The notes under the pieces: model-generated
Told to the model about the DNA's origin: nothing
The model's input: only the letters and a program-made list of their open reading frames with translations
Databases searched by the model: none
In this document: positions 1 through 10,281 of the stretch, in pieces
How the letters are laid out: each line of letters opens with the position of its first letter
Position numbering within the stretch: position 1 is the first letter of the stretch
Program-made: the position numbers and the translations under genes
DNA from: Archangium sp.
GTDB taxonomy: Bacteria; Myxococcota; Myxococcia; Myxococcales; Myxococcaceae
DNA: 64,000 nucleotides
NCBI GenBank assembly: GCA_031367385.1
Contig: JANLPS010000176.1
Location: 16,304-80,303 of the forward strand
Direction: 5' to 3'

Positions 1-1
1 C

Positions 2-169
2 ACCGTTCGAGAAGTGGTCTGCATCGACCCTCGCCACGTCGTAGTCAGCCCCACATTGACTCAATGGCTTGAAGGTGAAGCAGCCTGTGTTCGAGATGTC
101 TTGGGTGGCGCCGATCTGCCATGCACCCGTGCCACACCTCGCCCCAGTGAAGCCTTGGACGAAGCCCTT
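2..169 (-). pseudogene. 5'-truncated CDS fragment running off the left edge; resembles an APCDD1-like cysteine-containing domain
   Basis: Minus frame not in the ORF track reads KGFVQGFTGARCGTGAWQIGATQDISNTGCFTFKPLSQCGADYDVARVDADHFSNG. Upstream of 170 the frame is only antisense of the LysR gene. The family call is from recollection of the CG-G-W-G-QD-S-GC pattern. Confidence 0.4.
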
Positions 170-938
170 GGGCGACCAGCTGCTCGTGCCCCGCGGTCGG
201 TTGGTCGACTTGACTCCCCGCGCTGTGTCGCTGATCGAGCCGGTGCGCCAGCTCGTCTCCGAGCTCGAGCAGCTGATCGGGCCCGGGAGCGCAGGCTTCG
301 ACCCTCGCACCAGCACGCGCAGCTTTGCGTTGAGCGCCACCGAGCTGTTTCAATCGATGCTGCTCCCGTCGCTCCTCCAGCGCACTGCGCGCAGCGCCCC
401 TGCGGTGCACATTGCCGCAAGCTCACTGCAGGGCCAGCTGCTGGGCGAACAGCTCGAGGCGGGCGAGCTCGACGTCGCAGTCACGAGCCTCGTCGGCGTC
501 GGTGCGTCACGAGGGCTGCGAGTGCGGGTCTTGCTGACCGACCGCTTCGTGTGCGTGCTCCGACGTGGGCACCCCGCGGCAGGCCGCCTGACGCTCGACG
601 CGTTCGCGGGTCTCGAACACATCGCGGTCTCACCGCGAGGGGGGCCAGGAGGCCCGCTCGACACGCTGCTGGCCGCTCGAAAGGCCGCGCGCCGGGTGGT
701 TGCGACAACCACCAGTTTCTTCGCTGCCGCAGAAGTCGTGGCTCGCACAGACCTGGCCTGCATACTCCCCGCGAAGTTTCTGAGCGGGCCGGTTGGGCAG
801 ACAGGGCTCGTGGTGCTCGCTCCGGCGGTGGCGCTGCCACCGATTCGGCTCGGCCTGCTGTGGCATGCCCGCTTCGACCGTGATGCAGGGCACCGGTGGC
901 TTCGCGAGCAGATAGCCCAGGCGAGCAAAGAGTTTTGA
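168..938 (+). pseudogene. LysR-family regulator lacking most of the N-terminal HTH (substrate-binding domain intact)
   Basis: LGDQLLVPRGRLVDLTPRA matches the end of the LysR wHTH; FDPRTSTRSF, LEAGELDVAV and WHARFDRDAGHRWLRE follow. The residues encoded before 168 do not resemble an HTH. Confidence 0.7.
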
Positions 939-988
939 CCGCGCCGGTCGCCGCTTCAACGAGTCATCGACTGCGATGACTCAATCGC

Positions 989-1336
989 GTGAGAAGCGAT
1001 TTTCAGCAGCATCAAGGTCATCTGGAGGCGAACGACGGCATCACCAGAACTCAGAAGCAGAGTCCCTCAGGCAAGGCGATCGCCGAGGCGCTCAAGGCAT
1101 CAGGCGTCGAAGAGGCCAAGCGAAGAGTCACCAAGACCACGGCGACGCTCAAGGCTCCCCTCGACGGGTTGCCGGCGATCAGCAACGCGCCCGGCGATTT
1201 CAAGTGCCCACCGAGTAACGCTGTCGTTGAGTTGAATGACCGCGCCCGTTGCGACCTGCCCCTGCAAGAGGGCGGCGTGACGGGCGCCGTTTTTTCGCAG
1301 GGCGTCACGAACTTCAGCGTGACCTTGGGCCCGTGA
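989..1336 (+). CDS. Hypothetical protein or gene remnant
   Basis: 115-aa ORF with coding-like third-position GC in its central part; no recognised motif. Confidence 0.35.
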   Translation: MRSDFQQHQGHLEANDGITRTQKQSPSGKAIAEALKASGVEEAKRRVTKTTATLKAPLDGLPAISNAPGDFKCPPSNAVVELNDRARCDLPLQEGGVTGAVFSQGVTNFSVTLGP

Positions 1337-1353
1337 AGTGGCCAAGTGCGCCC

Positions 1354-3183
1354 ATGCGTTCAGCCCTGACCCGCTTGGCCCTTGGTACCTTGCTGATTCT
1401 CACCGCGTGCCCAGGCGGAGGAGACTCGACGGATTCTGGGACGACCACCAAAGACGGCGGCAGCGGCGCGGTCAAAGACGGCGGCACGACGGGGACCACC
1501 GACGCGGGCGGCATGGTTGGCAACGACGCGGGCACGACCTCCGGCGCCGACGCAGGCACGATGCCGGGCACCGACGCGGGCACCATGCCGGGCGCCGACG
1601 CGGGCACCATGCCGGGCAACGACGCAGGCACCACGTCGGGCAACGACGCTGGCACCATGCCGGGCAACGACGCGGGCTCCATGCCGGGCAACGACGCGGG
1701 CTCCACGTCGGGCAACGACGCAGGCACCATGCCGGGCACCGACGCAGGCACCACGGCTGGTGATGCCGGCTTCATCATCGGCACCCGGGTCAGTCACTTC
1801 GTCACCCCGACCGGAATCATCGATGTGCCCTTCGACCCCACGGTCGAACCCTTGGTGGCCTATGCCGTCAGCGGCACCACCTTCACTTCGCTGCCGGTGA
1901 CCTACCTCGGCGACGGCGGCTTTCGCTTTTCGCGGCCCGCAGGCGCGTACTACCTCGGCGTGGAGAGCGGCTTCCCCTATTACGTGTACACCGACGCTCC
2001 TTCGATCGACCTCGGGTACTCCGTGCAGGGCCGGCCCAACACAGTGGCGCCCGACCCCAATTTGAGCGACCCCACACTGACGCTCAACGCGACGGGCCTG
2101 GCGAGCTTCGATTTCAACACCGACGGCTTCGGCCTCGCGTCTGACTCGGTGTACGAGACCGGGCTGGTCTTTCTCGACGACCCACAACCCGCACAAGGCG
2201 CGACCAGCCTCGTGAATCAGAGCGCGTCGTACTTCTCAGAGCTCGGCCAGGCCACGCTCGAAGCGGCCAAGGGCGACACCGCCACGATGACGCAGAGTCG
2301 CTCGGTGTACTCCGCGCAAGACGACGGCGGAGTGACCGAAGAGTACGCGAGCATCATCAGCGCGGGGGCCACTCCGGCAATCAGCCTCGCCCCAGGGCAG
2401 AACACCACCATCACGGCGGTCCTGAGCCCTTTGACGCAAAAGGCCTTCGCGGTCGATTGGCGACGCAGCGCATGGCAAGCACGTGCGACCGCGGCTCACC
2501 CACAAGCGCGAATGATTTCGGCCTACCTCGAGGTCGTTGCCGTGCCTGGTGGCACCCTCAACCGTGGCTGGGTCGGCTACCTGGCCGAGCTGTTGACCGC
2601 GAACGGCATGCACCACAGAGCCGATGGCGTGTATTCGATGCACTACGGCAACCCGAAGTCGACGTGGGCTGAGATGGCGTCGATCTCGGTGTACTACGCC
2701 GTGCCGATTCAACTGCAGGGCGGGTCAGCCGGCACGGTGAGCGGTATTGCAGGGCTGAGCGACGCTCCGGCGACGTTCTCAGCTTCGCCGGTCACCCCGC
2801 TCATCATGCCGCCCGCGGAGCTGAAGGTCGACGGGCTGGGCGCGCAAGCGGGAGCAATCACCGCGGCGAGCACGACCCCTCTGCTCTCGTGGACGCCCAC
2901 CGCCTCTGGCGCGGTCACCTACCGGGTTCGGGTTCGCGAGGTCTACGTCGACGGTTCGACCTCGGCAACCCGCAGCACCGGAGTCGGCGCGCTGGTGATG
3001 AACCTCGCTGTTGGCAGCCAGGTTCGCGTGCCGACCGGCATGCTCCAATCAGGCAAGCACTACGTGTTTCTGGTCTCACAGGAAGCCAACAGTGTGCCCT
3101 TCGACTCGCGCACGGCGCCGTTCTACGACTGGAGCAGTGGCCGCAGCGCCGAAGCGATCAGCTCGATCGTCACCATGCCGTAG
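1354..3183 (+). CDS. Lipoprotein with an N-terminal GxDAGT(M/T)(P/S) repeat linker and a beta-rich C-terminal region
   Basis: MRSALTRLALGTLLILTAC signal peptide and lipobox at in-frame ATG 1354; FN3-like C-terminus (TPLLSWTP...YRVRV). Confidence 0.85.
   Translation: MRSALTRLALGTLLILTACPGGGDSTDSGTTTKDGGSGAVKDGGTTGTTDAGGMVGNDAGTTSGADAGTMPGTDAGTMPGADAGTMPGNDAGTTSGNDAGTMPGNDAGSMPGNDAGSTSGNDAGTMPGTDAGTTAGDAGFIIGTRVSHFVTPTGIIDVPFDPTVEPLVAYAVSGTTFTSLPVTYLGDGGFRFSRPAGAYYLGVESGFPYYVYTDAPSIDLGYSVQGRPNTVAPDPNLSDPTLTLNATGLASFDFNTDGFGLASDSVYETGLVFLDDPQPAQGATSLVNQSASYFSELGQATLEAAKGDTATMTQSRSVYSAQDDGGVTEEYASIISAGATPAISLAPGQNTTITAVLSPLTQKAFAVDWRRSAWQARATAAHPQARMISAYLEVVAVPGGTLNRGWVGYLAELLTANGMHHRADGVYSMHYGNPKSTWAEMASISVYYAVPIQLQGGSAGTVSGIAGLSDAPATFSASPVTPLIMPPAELKVDGLGAQAGAITAASTTPLLSWTPTASGAVTYRVRVREVYVDGSTSATRSTGVGALVMNLAVGSQVRVPTGMLQSGKHYVFLVSQEANSVPFDSRTAPFYDWSSGRSAEAISSIVTMP
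1501..1770 (+). repeat. In-frame 24-bp tandem repeat, 10 full units plus a partial unit
   Basis: Units GACGC(G/A/T)GGC-N9-GGC(A/G)(A/C)C start at 1501, 1525 ... 1717, with a partial unit at 1741. Confidence 0.95.
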
Positions 3184-3198
3184 GCGGCGTGGCCTCGC

Positions 3199-3216
3199 CG
3201 AGGGGCAAGCCCCTCG
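3199..3216 (+). terminator. GC-rich hairpin after the lipoprotein gene
   Basis: CGAGGGG-CAAG-CCCCTCG, 15 nt after the stop; no U-tract. Confidence 0.4.
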
Positions 3217-3299
3217 TAGAATTCGAGATGGCAAAGACGAGCTGAGATCGCAGCCAAATTGTCAGCCCCACGGGCTGGTTCACCCTGCAAGGTGCTGCC

Positions 3300-3863
3300 T
3301 TGCGAGTGGCACTGCTCGTGCTGGTGCGGCTGATGACCTTGATCGAGCTCATCATCATGGGCGGCGCCATCTCTGGGTTTTTGGTTGGAGGCTCATACGG
3401 GTACAGCCATGCCGGAGTCTGGGGCGCTGTGCTCGGATGCGTCGGGGGCGTCGTCGGGGGATGGGTGGCCGCAGCGTCACTCGCGCTGGCAGTTGTCTTA
3501 CCAGCACTCGCAGCGAGCGCGGTGGGCGAGCTGTTCAGCAGACTTCGGCGCGCTCGGTTCTTCGGCCTTTACTGGGTCTCGTCGAATGCGGCCGAGTGGA
3601 ACGCGGTGTACTGCCGCCTCAATTCCGGCCAAGAGATCAGCGGCATCGTGGTGCTCAAAAGCGGCTCAGAATGGGTCGTCGATATCGGTGTGGGTTTTCC
3701 TGCGGTGATCGATTCTCACGAGCACCCTGCGCTGAAGCTGAGCCTCGGCGAGCGATTCACCTGGCAAGTCGCTTCGTTCAGGCACAGAGAACGCGAAGTG
3801 GTGCTCGCCCCGGTCGTGACGGCGGAGTCAGCCCCCTTCGAGGCCTCTGAACGAGCGGATTGA
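3300..3863 (+). CDS. Hypothetical membrane protein with a possible C-terminal S1/OB-like domain
   Basis: Gly-rich hydrophobic N-terminus; C-terminus GQEISGIVV...VVDIGVGFPAVI...LSLGERFTWQVASF...REVVL has an S1-like pattern. Start uncertain. Confidence 0.55.
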   Translation: MRVALLVLVRLMTLIELIIMGGAISGFLVGGSYGYSHAGVWGAVLGCVGGVVGGWVAAASLALAVVLPALAASAVGELFSRLRRARFFGLYWVSSNAAEWNAVYCRLNSGQEISGIVVLKSGSEWVVDIGVGFPAVIDSHEHPALKLSLGERFTWQVASFRHREREVVLAPVVTAESAPFEASERAD

Positions 3864-3890
3864 GAGCAGACGGGTTAGGCATAGGCCTTC

Positions 3891-5051
3891 ATGGCTTCAG
3901 TGAAGGTGCTCAAAGGCATCTCCGATGTGACCGCCGCGCAGTGGAACGCCCTGTTGCCCCCAGGGTGCCCCCCCGTCATGCGCTGGGAGTGGCTCAACGC
4001 GCTCGAGGCCTCGGGCAGCGCCACCGCCGAGCGCGGCTGGGAGCCCCAGCACCTCACCCTCTGGCGCGGCAAAGAGCTCATCGGCGCCGCGCCCGCCTGG
4101 CGCAAGTTTCACTCGATGGGCGAGTACGTCTACGACTTCGGCTGGGCCAACGCCGCGCAGTCAATGGGCGTCGAGTACTACCCGAAGTTTCTCATCGGCG
4201 TGCCGCTCTCGCCGCTCACCGCGCCCCGCTTTCTCGCCGCCGCAACCGAGTCGCTGGCTGAGGTGCGAAGCACCCTGCTCACCGCGGCCATCGACCTCGC
4301 CCAAGATTCTGGCTGCTCGTCGGTGCACGTCATTTTCCCCGATGGCCCCGAGGCGGAGGCGCTGGTCAACGCCGGCCTGCATCAACGCTCGAGCATGCAG
4401 TATCACTGGAAGAACCCGGGCTACCGCGACTACGACGACTACCTCTCGCGCTTCGACTCGAAGCGGCGCAACCAGCTCAAGCGCGAAGCCGGAGCCGCCT
4501 CGAAACAAGGCATTACCCTGCGCACCGTTCGCAGCCAGGAGCTCACCAAGGTGCACGCCGAGCACGCCTGGCGCTTTTACGAGCACACCGCGGGGCGGCA
4601 CTCGTGGGGCCCGGTGCAGTTGACCCGCGATTTCTTTCACCGCGCCTTCGCCTCGATGCCCGACGCGATTGAGCTCGTGGTGGCCGAGAAAGACCAGCGC
4701 GTCATCGCCGGCGCCTTCAACCTGCATACCCCGACTCGGCTCTACGGCCGGTATTGGGGCTGCTTCGAAGAGCACCCGTTTCTGCACTTCAACGTCTGCC
4801 TCTACCACTCGGTCGCCGACTGCATCGCGGCCGGCCGGCAGGTCTTCGAGCCCGGCGCGGGCGGAGAGCACAAGATTTCGCGCGGCTTCGAGCCCACCCG
4901 CATTCACTCGGTGCACCGCATCTTCAACAAGCGCCTCGACGCGGCGGTGCACGACTTTTGCCGTCGAGAGGCCCTCGAGGTCACCCGCATCACCTCAGAA
5001 TCAGAGGTTATTTCGGGTCTCAAGCCCTGGGTGCCCCCAGTCGCAACCTGA
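3891..5051 (+). CDS. GNAT/FemAB-like N-acetyltransferase (DUF482 type)
   Basis: HSMGEYVYDFGWANA, LYGRYWG, LHFNVCLY and FEPGAGGEHKISRGF motifs. Confidence 0.92.
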   Translation: MASVKVLKGISDVTAAQWNALLPPGCPPVMRWEWLNALEASGSATAERGWEPQHLTLWRGKELIGAAPAWRKFHSMGEYVYDFGWANAAQSMGVEYYPKFLIGVPLSPLTAPRFLAAATESLAEVRSTLLTAAIDLAQDSGCSSVHVIFPDGPEAEALVNAGLHQRSSMQYHWKNPGYRDYDDYLSRFDSKRRNQLKREAGAASKQGITLRTVRSQELTKVHAEHAWRFYEHTAGRHSWGPVQLTRDFFHRAFASMPDAIELVVAEKDQRVIAGAFNLHTPTRLYGRYWGCFEEHPFLHFNVCLYHSVADCIAAGRQVFEPGAGGEHKISRGFEPTRIHSVHRIFNKRLDAAVHDFCRREALEVTRITSESEVISGLKPWVPPVAT

Positions 5052-5083
5052 CTTCTGCGAAGGCTCTGCTAAGTCTGGCCCCG

Positions 5084-5659
5084 ATGCGTCGCGCGATGTT
5101 CGCAACCAGCCTCATCGCTTTGGGTGCCTGTGGAGGCCTCCCTGCGCTCGCTTCGAACACCTTCGAGAGTGACGAGGGCGGTTGGCTGCTGAGCGGCAAC
5201 GGCGACACGACCGGGCCGGTGTTGATGCGCGAGGGCGGTAACCCCGGCGGCCACATCTGCGGCAAAGACGCGAAAGATGGAGACACCTGGTACTTCGTCG
5301 CTCCGGCCAAGTACCTGGGCAACGCGACCGCGGTCTACGGCAAGCGCCTGATCTGGGACCTCAAGCAAGACAAGATCTTCAACCAGATTCGCGGCCGCGA
5401 CGTGGTGCTCAACGGCGGCGGGCTGGCGCTGACGTTGAACACTCGCTCAGCGCCAGGCACTGATTGGACTCCGTACTCGGTCACCATCGACGACACCTCG
5501 GGGTGGCTCAACGAGAACAATGGCGTCGGGGTCGCGGCGACCGAGGCAGACATCAAGTCGGCCTTGCGAAACCTCACCTCGCTGCGCATTCGAGGCGAGT
5601 ACTACGACGGGCCCAATGACACGGCCTGCCTCGACAACGTCTACTTCGGTACGCCGTAA
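5084..5659 (+). CDS. Laminin B (laminin IV) domain lipoprotein
   Basis: LGAC lipobox; WYFVAPAKYLGN...YGKRL...DVVLNGGG...LRNLTSLRIRGEY...LDNV matches the laminin IV pattern. Confidence 0.8.
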   Translation: MRRAMFATSLIALGACGGLPALASNTFESDEGGWLLSGNGDTTGPVLMREGGNPGGHICGKDAKDGDTWYFVAPAKYLGNATAVYGKRLIWDLKQDKIFNQIRGRDVVLNGGGLALTLNTRSAPGTDWTPYSVTIDDTSGWLNENNGVGVAATEADIKSALRNLTSLRIRGEYYDGPNDTACLDNVYFGTP

Positions 5660-5660
5660 G

Positions 5661-5972
5661 GTGGGCAGCTCGTGCACTCTGTGTGGCGCGTGCTGCGTGG
5701 CCCCCGACATCGCCGCGCTCGACAAGCCGCTCGGGCTCCGCTGCCCGCACCTGGCGCCCGACTTGAAGTGCAAGGTCTATGAGAACCGCCCCGCCGTGTG
5801 CCGCAGCTACCAGGCCGACGAGGTGTGCGAGCAGATTGCGGCTCCGAGCCTCGAGGAGCGCGTGAAAAAGTACCTGGCACTTTTCGAGCTCGAGGCTGAG
5901 GCCGCGACCGTCAAGGCCAGCGGGCAGACCTCGATGCGCCAAAAGTCACTCACCTTCAGAACCGCGCGTTGA
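5661..5972 (+). CDS. YkgJ-family cysteine cluster protein (CxxCxxCC)
   Basis: CTLCGACC...CPHL...CKVYENRPAVCRSY; GTG start 1 nt after the upstream stop. Confidence 0.88.
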   Translation: MGSSCTLCGACCVAPDIAALDKPLGLRCPHLAPDLKCKVYENRPAVCRSYQADEVCEQIAAPSLEERVKKYLALFELEAEAATVKASGQTSMRQKSLTFRTAR

Positions 5973-6423
5973 CGAAGGGGAAGAACGGGAGCGGGCTCTT
6001 GGTGTTGAAGTTGAGCACCCCGAGCTGCACGCCGCGAAAATCTTCACCGGTGTTCACCACGCCGATTTGCACGCCGTACCCCTCGCGCGTCTCGTTGTAG
6101 AGGCCGATTTGCAGCCCGCGCAGCACCCGGGTCGCGTTGAGCAGCCCGACCTGAACGCCAGTCACGGTGGTGTTCGACCAGAGCGCGAAAGCCAGGTTGA
6201 CCAGCCCCACTTCGAGCCCGGTGACGTTTTCAGCCGCGTTGACGAGGCCCAGGTCGAGGCCGGTGACCGAGCGGCTCACCCCCAGGCCCAGACTGATTCG
6301 CAACCCGTACACATCGGTTCTGTCATCGAAGAGCTGCACCGTTGGCCACACCGCGAGCTCGAGCACCGTCCACGGGTGGGGCTCGAAGGCCGTCATCACC
6401 GCGGTCAGCACGATGCCGAGCAT
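5956..6423 (-). CDS. LA_2272-like surface repeat protein
   Basis: Repeated G(L/V)(Q/E/D)(I/V/L)G(L/V)xN units; C-terminal PFFPFVNARF. Confidence 0.8.
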   Translation of the reverse strand: MLGIVLTAVMTAFEPHPWTVLELAVWPTVQLFDDRTDVYGLRISLGLGVSRSVTGLDLGLVNAAENVTGLEVGLVNLAFALWSNTTVTGVQVGLLNATRVLRGLQIGLYNETREGYGVQIGVVNTGEDFRGVQLGVLNFNTKSPLPFFPFVNARF

Positions 6424-6431
6424 GGCGGGCC

Positions 6432-7547
6432 TTAGACCTCGAAGCTGCGCAGCTGATCTCGAAACGCCTCGAACACCACCGCGACCCGCTGGGGCGGCAG
6501 CTCATCGACCGGGTCTTTTCGCAGCACCCGCAAGAAGCTGTCGAACTTCTCATCGCGGCCGCGCAACTTCTCGGCGGTGCCCGCGGCTGATGACAGCGGC
6601 AGGCTCGCGCCCCCGGTGTCGAGCTGCATGTGCAAGAGCACCTGCTCGAGCTTCATCGTCAGCTCGGCCCACACCATGCGGTCATGCGACGAGAGCATCA
6701 CCAGGCTCATCTCGGCGGCGAGCTCACCCAGGCTCGACATCACCGGCTCGACCAGTGGCGGCAGCAGCGAGGTGGGCATCTGCCCGCGAGCGATCAGCTT
6801 CTTGAGCTCGCGCTTGGCGACGATCATCTGGCGTTTCGGCTCGGCGCGAACGTGTCTCCAGCCCGGCATCGAGGTGAACAGCTCGAAGTCGGTCAACAAC
6901 GCCTGCGCGGTCTTGAGCCCGTCGGTCTTGCCGTACTCGAGGCGCGCGGTGACCGAGCGCCGCAGGTCGGCGACGCTGGTTCGGTAGATCAATGCCCGCT
7001 GCACCTCTTTGAGCGCTCCCGGCACGACCTCTTCACGGCGCACGACCGAGTTGGCGGCGGCCGAGAGGTACACCGCGTCACCCACCCGCTTGCGAAACTC
7101 TTCGCGCATGCGCTGCAGCTCACCCAAGAGCGCCCACGGGTTTGCCACCAGCTCGGGCCTGCGCAGCAGCGAGCCCACCTGCGCGACGTCTTTCTTCAAG
7201 TGCATGGCGACCGCGCGAAAGACCAACGCCGACTCGGCTTCGGCCCGGTCGTCGGAGGTCTCGGCCGAGAAGACGCCAGAGCGCGTGGTGTGCTCGGGGA
7301 ACTCCTCGTCGATGACGTCGCAGACGGTGTTGACCTGCAACACGGTGTCGCGAACGGCGGGCGCCATTTGCTCCCACAACGAGAGATCGGCGCTGCCTTC
7401 GTCGGGCGGCTCGAGCGAGATGAGGTTGATCGACGCCAGCTGTTCGATCGCCGCGGCGACGGCGTTGTGAACGCGTTGAAGCCGCCCAGCCAGCTGCTGG
7501 TCGATGATCGCTTCGAGAACTTGCTGCAGTCGCTTGGGGAGCTCCAC
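6432..7547 (-). CDS. Hypothetical alpha-helical protein
   Basis: 371-aa ORF tightly packed between co-oriented genes, typical codon bias. Confidence 0.75.
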   Translation of the reverse strand: MELPKRLQQVLEAIIDQQLAGRLQRVHNAVAAAIEQLASINLISLEPPDEGSADLSLWEQMAPAVRDTVLQVNTVCDVIDEEFPEHTTRSGVFSAETSDDRAEAESALVFRAVAMHLKKDVAQVGSLLRRPELVANPWALLGELQRMREEFRKRVGDAVYLSAAANSVVRREEVVPGALKEVQRALIYRTSVADLRRSVTARLEYGKTDGLKTAQALLTDFELFTSMPGWRHVRAEPKRQMIVAKRELKKLIARGQMPTSLLPPLVEPVMSSLGELAAEMSLVMLSSHDRMVWAELTMKLEQVLLHMQLDTGGASLPLSSAAGTAEKLRGRDEKFDSFLRVLRKDPVDELPPQRVAVVFEAFRDQLRSFEV

Positions 7548-7553
7548 GAGGAG

Positions 7554-8798
7554 CTACTTCGTACCGTACCAATTGCTCGCGGGGAAGGAACCGAGTGCCC
7601 CGGTTACGAAGCCGTTCGACATTTCGCCGGTCACAGACCCCCGGGCGTTCGGCAGCCCCAGGGCGTCGGCGACACTGTTGGCGTCGAGGTCGTAGATGGT
7701 GGCCTTCTGTTGGGTGAGCTTGGCACCCCCCAGCCCCGAGGCCAGCTCGAAGCTCTTGGCGAAGTCTTTGGCGGCCTCTTCGCAGAGCAATTTGTTGGCG
7801 ACGCCCAAATTGCTGCAGAGCACCAAATCGAGCAATTCACCCACGTCGTGGGCCTTCTGCCCGGAGGCGGCGGTGATGACCACATTGAGCATGTTGACGA
7901 TGAGCTTGTTGACGTCGAACTCGATCGACCGGGGCCCCAAGAAGACCTCCGTGGCACTGCGGGTGCCTCCGAAGGCGGGCACGGTGACGGTGATCTTGCC
8001 GTTCGCGCCGAGCTCGGGGGCGTTCATCACGTTCAAGCTCTGGCCGTTGTAGTCCATCCACATCTCGGTGACGGTCTCGGCGGCGTAGAGCTTGGCGTTG
8101 AGGTTCTCGGCGAGCTGCATCGAGCCCTTGATGCGCACCGGCTTGTTGCCGAAGCGAAAGGCGTCGCTCATCACGGTGATCAGCTGAGAGACCCACGCCG
8201 GCGCGTGAATGTTCTGGCCGATGAGGTTGACTACGTAGCACATCAACTTGCCCTCGGGCGTCGACTGGCTGGTGCACGAGGCGCCCTGCCCGCTGAGCAA
8301 GCCGTTGAGCAGGTCGAGCAGCTTGAGCACGCCGCCAGCGCTGTTGGCGAACTCGTGAATATCGAGCTCGTAGTAGGTCGCGTACTTGCCCTGCACCGAG
8401 GTCTGAAAGCTGCTGGTGCAGTTGGTGCCGACGCATGGCTGCATCTCGCAGATGCCGTTGTTGCATTGTTGACCCGAGGCACAGCCTTGCGGGCAGGTCA
8501 CCGCGCAGGTGTTGGTGCCGACGTCGCAGGCGTTGATGGCCAGCTCACCGCCGGTGTTGATGCAGCGCTTGCCGCTGGGGCAGTCGCAGTCAGAGGCACA
8601 CCAGTTGGCACCGGTGAAGATCATGCCTCCGTCGGCCTTGGGCGGGGTGACGATGACTTTGCCCGCGTCGGGGGTGGCAGCGCGGCCGGCATCGGCGGCT
8701 TCGGTAACATCTTCAGAGACGCGAATCAGCGAGGCTTCGCCGCACTGGCAGCCGCTGAGCGCGACCGCGACAACTGACAAGGCGAGGGAGCGGATCAT
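7554..8798 (-). CDS. Lipoprotein with a Cys-rich N-terminal module
   Basis: MIRSLALSVVAVALSGC lipobox; CASDCDCPSGKRC...CPQGCASGQQCNNGIC. Confidence 0.82.
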   Translation of the reverse strand: MIRSLALSVVAVALSGCQCGEASLIRVSEDVTEAADAGRAATPDAGKVIVTPPKADGGMIFTGANWCASDCDCPSGKRCINTGGELAINACDVGTNTCAVTCPQGCASGQQCNNGICEMQPCVGTNCTSSFQTSVQGKYATYYELDIHEFANSAGGVLKLLDLLNGLLSGQGASCTSQSTPEGKLMCYVVNLIGQNIHAPAWVSQLITVMSDAFRFGNKPVRIKGSMQLAENLNAKLYAAETVTEMWMDYNGQSLNVMNAPELGANGKITVTVPAFGGTRSATEVFLGPRSIEFDVNKLIVNMLNVVITAASGQKAHDVGELLDLVLCSNLGVANKLLCEEAAKDFAKSFELASGLGGAKLTQQKATIYDLDANSVADALGLPNARGSVTGEMSNGFVTGALGSFPASNWYGTK

Positions 8799-8815
8799 GA
8801 GAGCCTTCAGACAAG

Positions 8816-8831
8816 AGCAACCGGTGTACCG
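8816..8831 (-). promoter_or_regulatory. Possible sigma54 -24/-12 promoter
   Basis: Minus strand CGGTAC-ACCGG-TTGCT versus consensus TGGCAC-N5-TTGCW, 17 nt upstream of ATG 8798. Confidence 0.35.
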
Positions 8832-8930
8832 CCAGCCGCCACGAGGGCATCTCACTGGTACCCTGTAAACCCACCTCACACGGCCAAAGCGCAACTGGCC
8901 GGCCGAAAGGTGCACAGCTGCCCTCTGGTG

Positions 8931-8957
8931 TTTTTCTCAGTTCGCGAGAGAAAAAAA
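8931..8957 (-). terminator. U-tract and hairpin directly after the rnpB 3' end
   Basis: Minus strand TTTTTTTCTC-TCGCGAACT-GAGAAAAA. Confidence 0.45.
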
Positions 8958-8958
8958 T

Positions 8959-9356
<398 letters not shown>

Positions 9357-10281
9357 GGGAGAGGCGGTTAGCACAGTGATGTCGTCGAACCAATGCTCGA
9401 TGGCGGCCCATGATTCTTCGTGCAGGAGCACGTCGATGTGCTGCACCCCGGTCAGGGTGACGAGCTGGGCGCGACCGGTGAGGTTCTTGCGAATTCGGTG
9501 GCTGTGCCCCGGCGCGATGTAGGGGTCGTCTGAACCGTGTAGCAGCAGCGCCGGCACGTGAATGTCGAGGGCGTCTCGGGCGGGGTTGACGTCGTCGATG
9601 TGAAAACCAGCGCGGGTCTCGGCGTCTTGAACGGCGGCGGCGAGGGTGCCAGGGCTCATGAAGAAGGGGGTGTGATCGGCGACGATGGTGCGCAGGTCTG
9701 AAAACGAGGCGGCCGCGACGACTCCGGCGATGCGGGGGTCTCGGGCGGCGGCCTCGAGCGCCACCGCGGCGCCCATCGATTCGCCGATGACGTACACCGG
9801 CAGGTTCGCAGGGGCGTAGCGGTCGAGGGCCAGCTGCAGGTCGGGCACTTCTTTGACGCCGAAGGTGCACCACTGGCCTTCTGAGCGCCCGTGCGCGCGT
9901 TGGTCGTAGGCGAGCACGGTGTAGCCGCGGGAGGTGAAGCGAACCGCGTCGCCAGCGAAGTGGCCCCGGTTGGCATCTTTGCCGTGAAGAAAGACGACGA
10001 GCCCCTTCGAGGGCCCGGGGGGCTCGAACAGCCACCCTTCGAGGGCCAGCCCATCAGCGGTGATGAAACGAATGTCTTGGTGAGGGGCCGAAGGAGCGCC
10101 CACCATCGGCATGCGAAAGGGGCTGATCAGTGAGCGAACCGCGAGCTCGCGGGGAGCCCCGCAGCTGGCGAGAACGAGGAGGACGAGGCAGAGAAGTGAG
10201 CGCACGGCGCGGGCGCTGAGCAGAGACTGGGCCATCGCCAAGTGTCTCAGAATACTCGGGCGTGTGCGCAGCGTTGTGCGC

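Noticed and set aside
1501..1770. Tandem repeats as a CRISPR array
   Set aside because: No unique spacers, in-frame coding 24-mers, and no cas genes in the window
6630..8777. 715-aa plus-strand ORF
   Set aside because: Antisense shadow of two credible minus-strand genes; a common artefact in high-GC DNA
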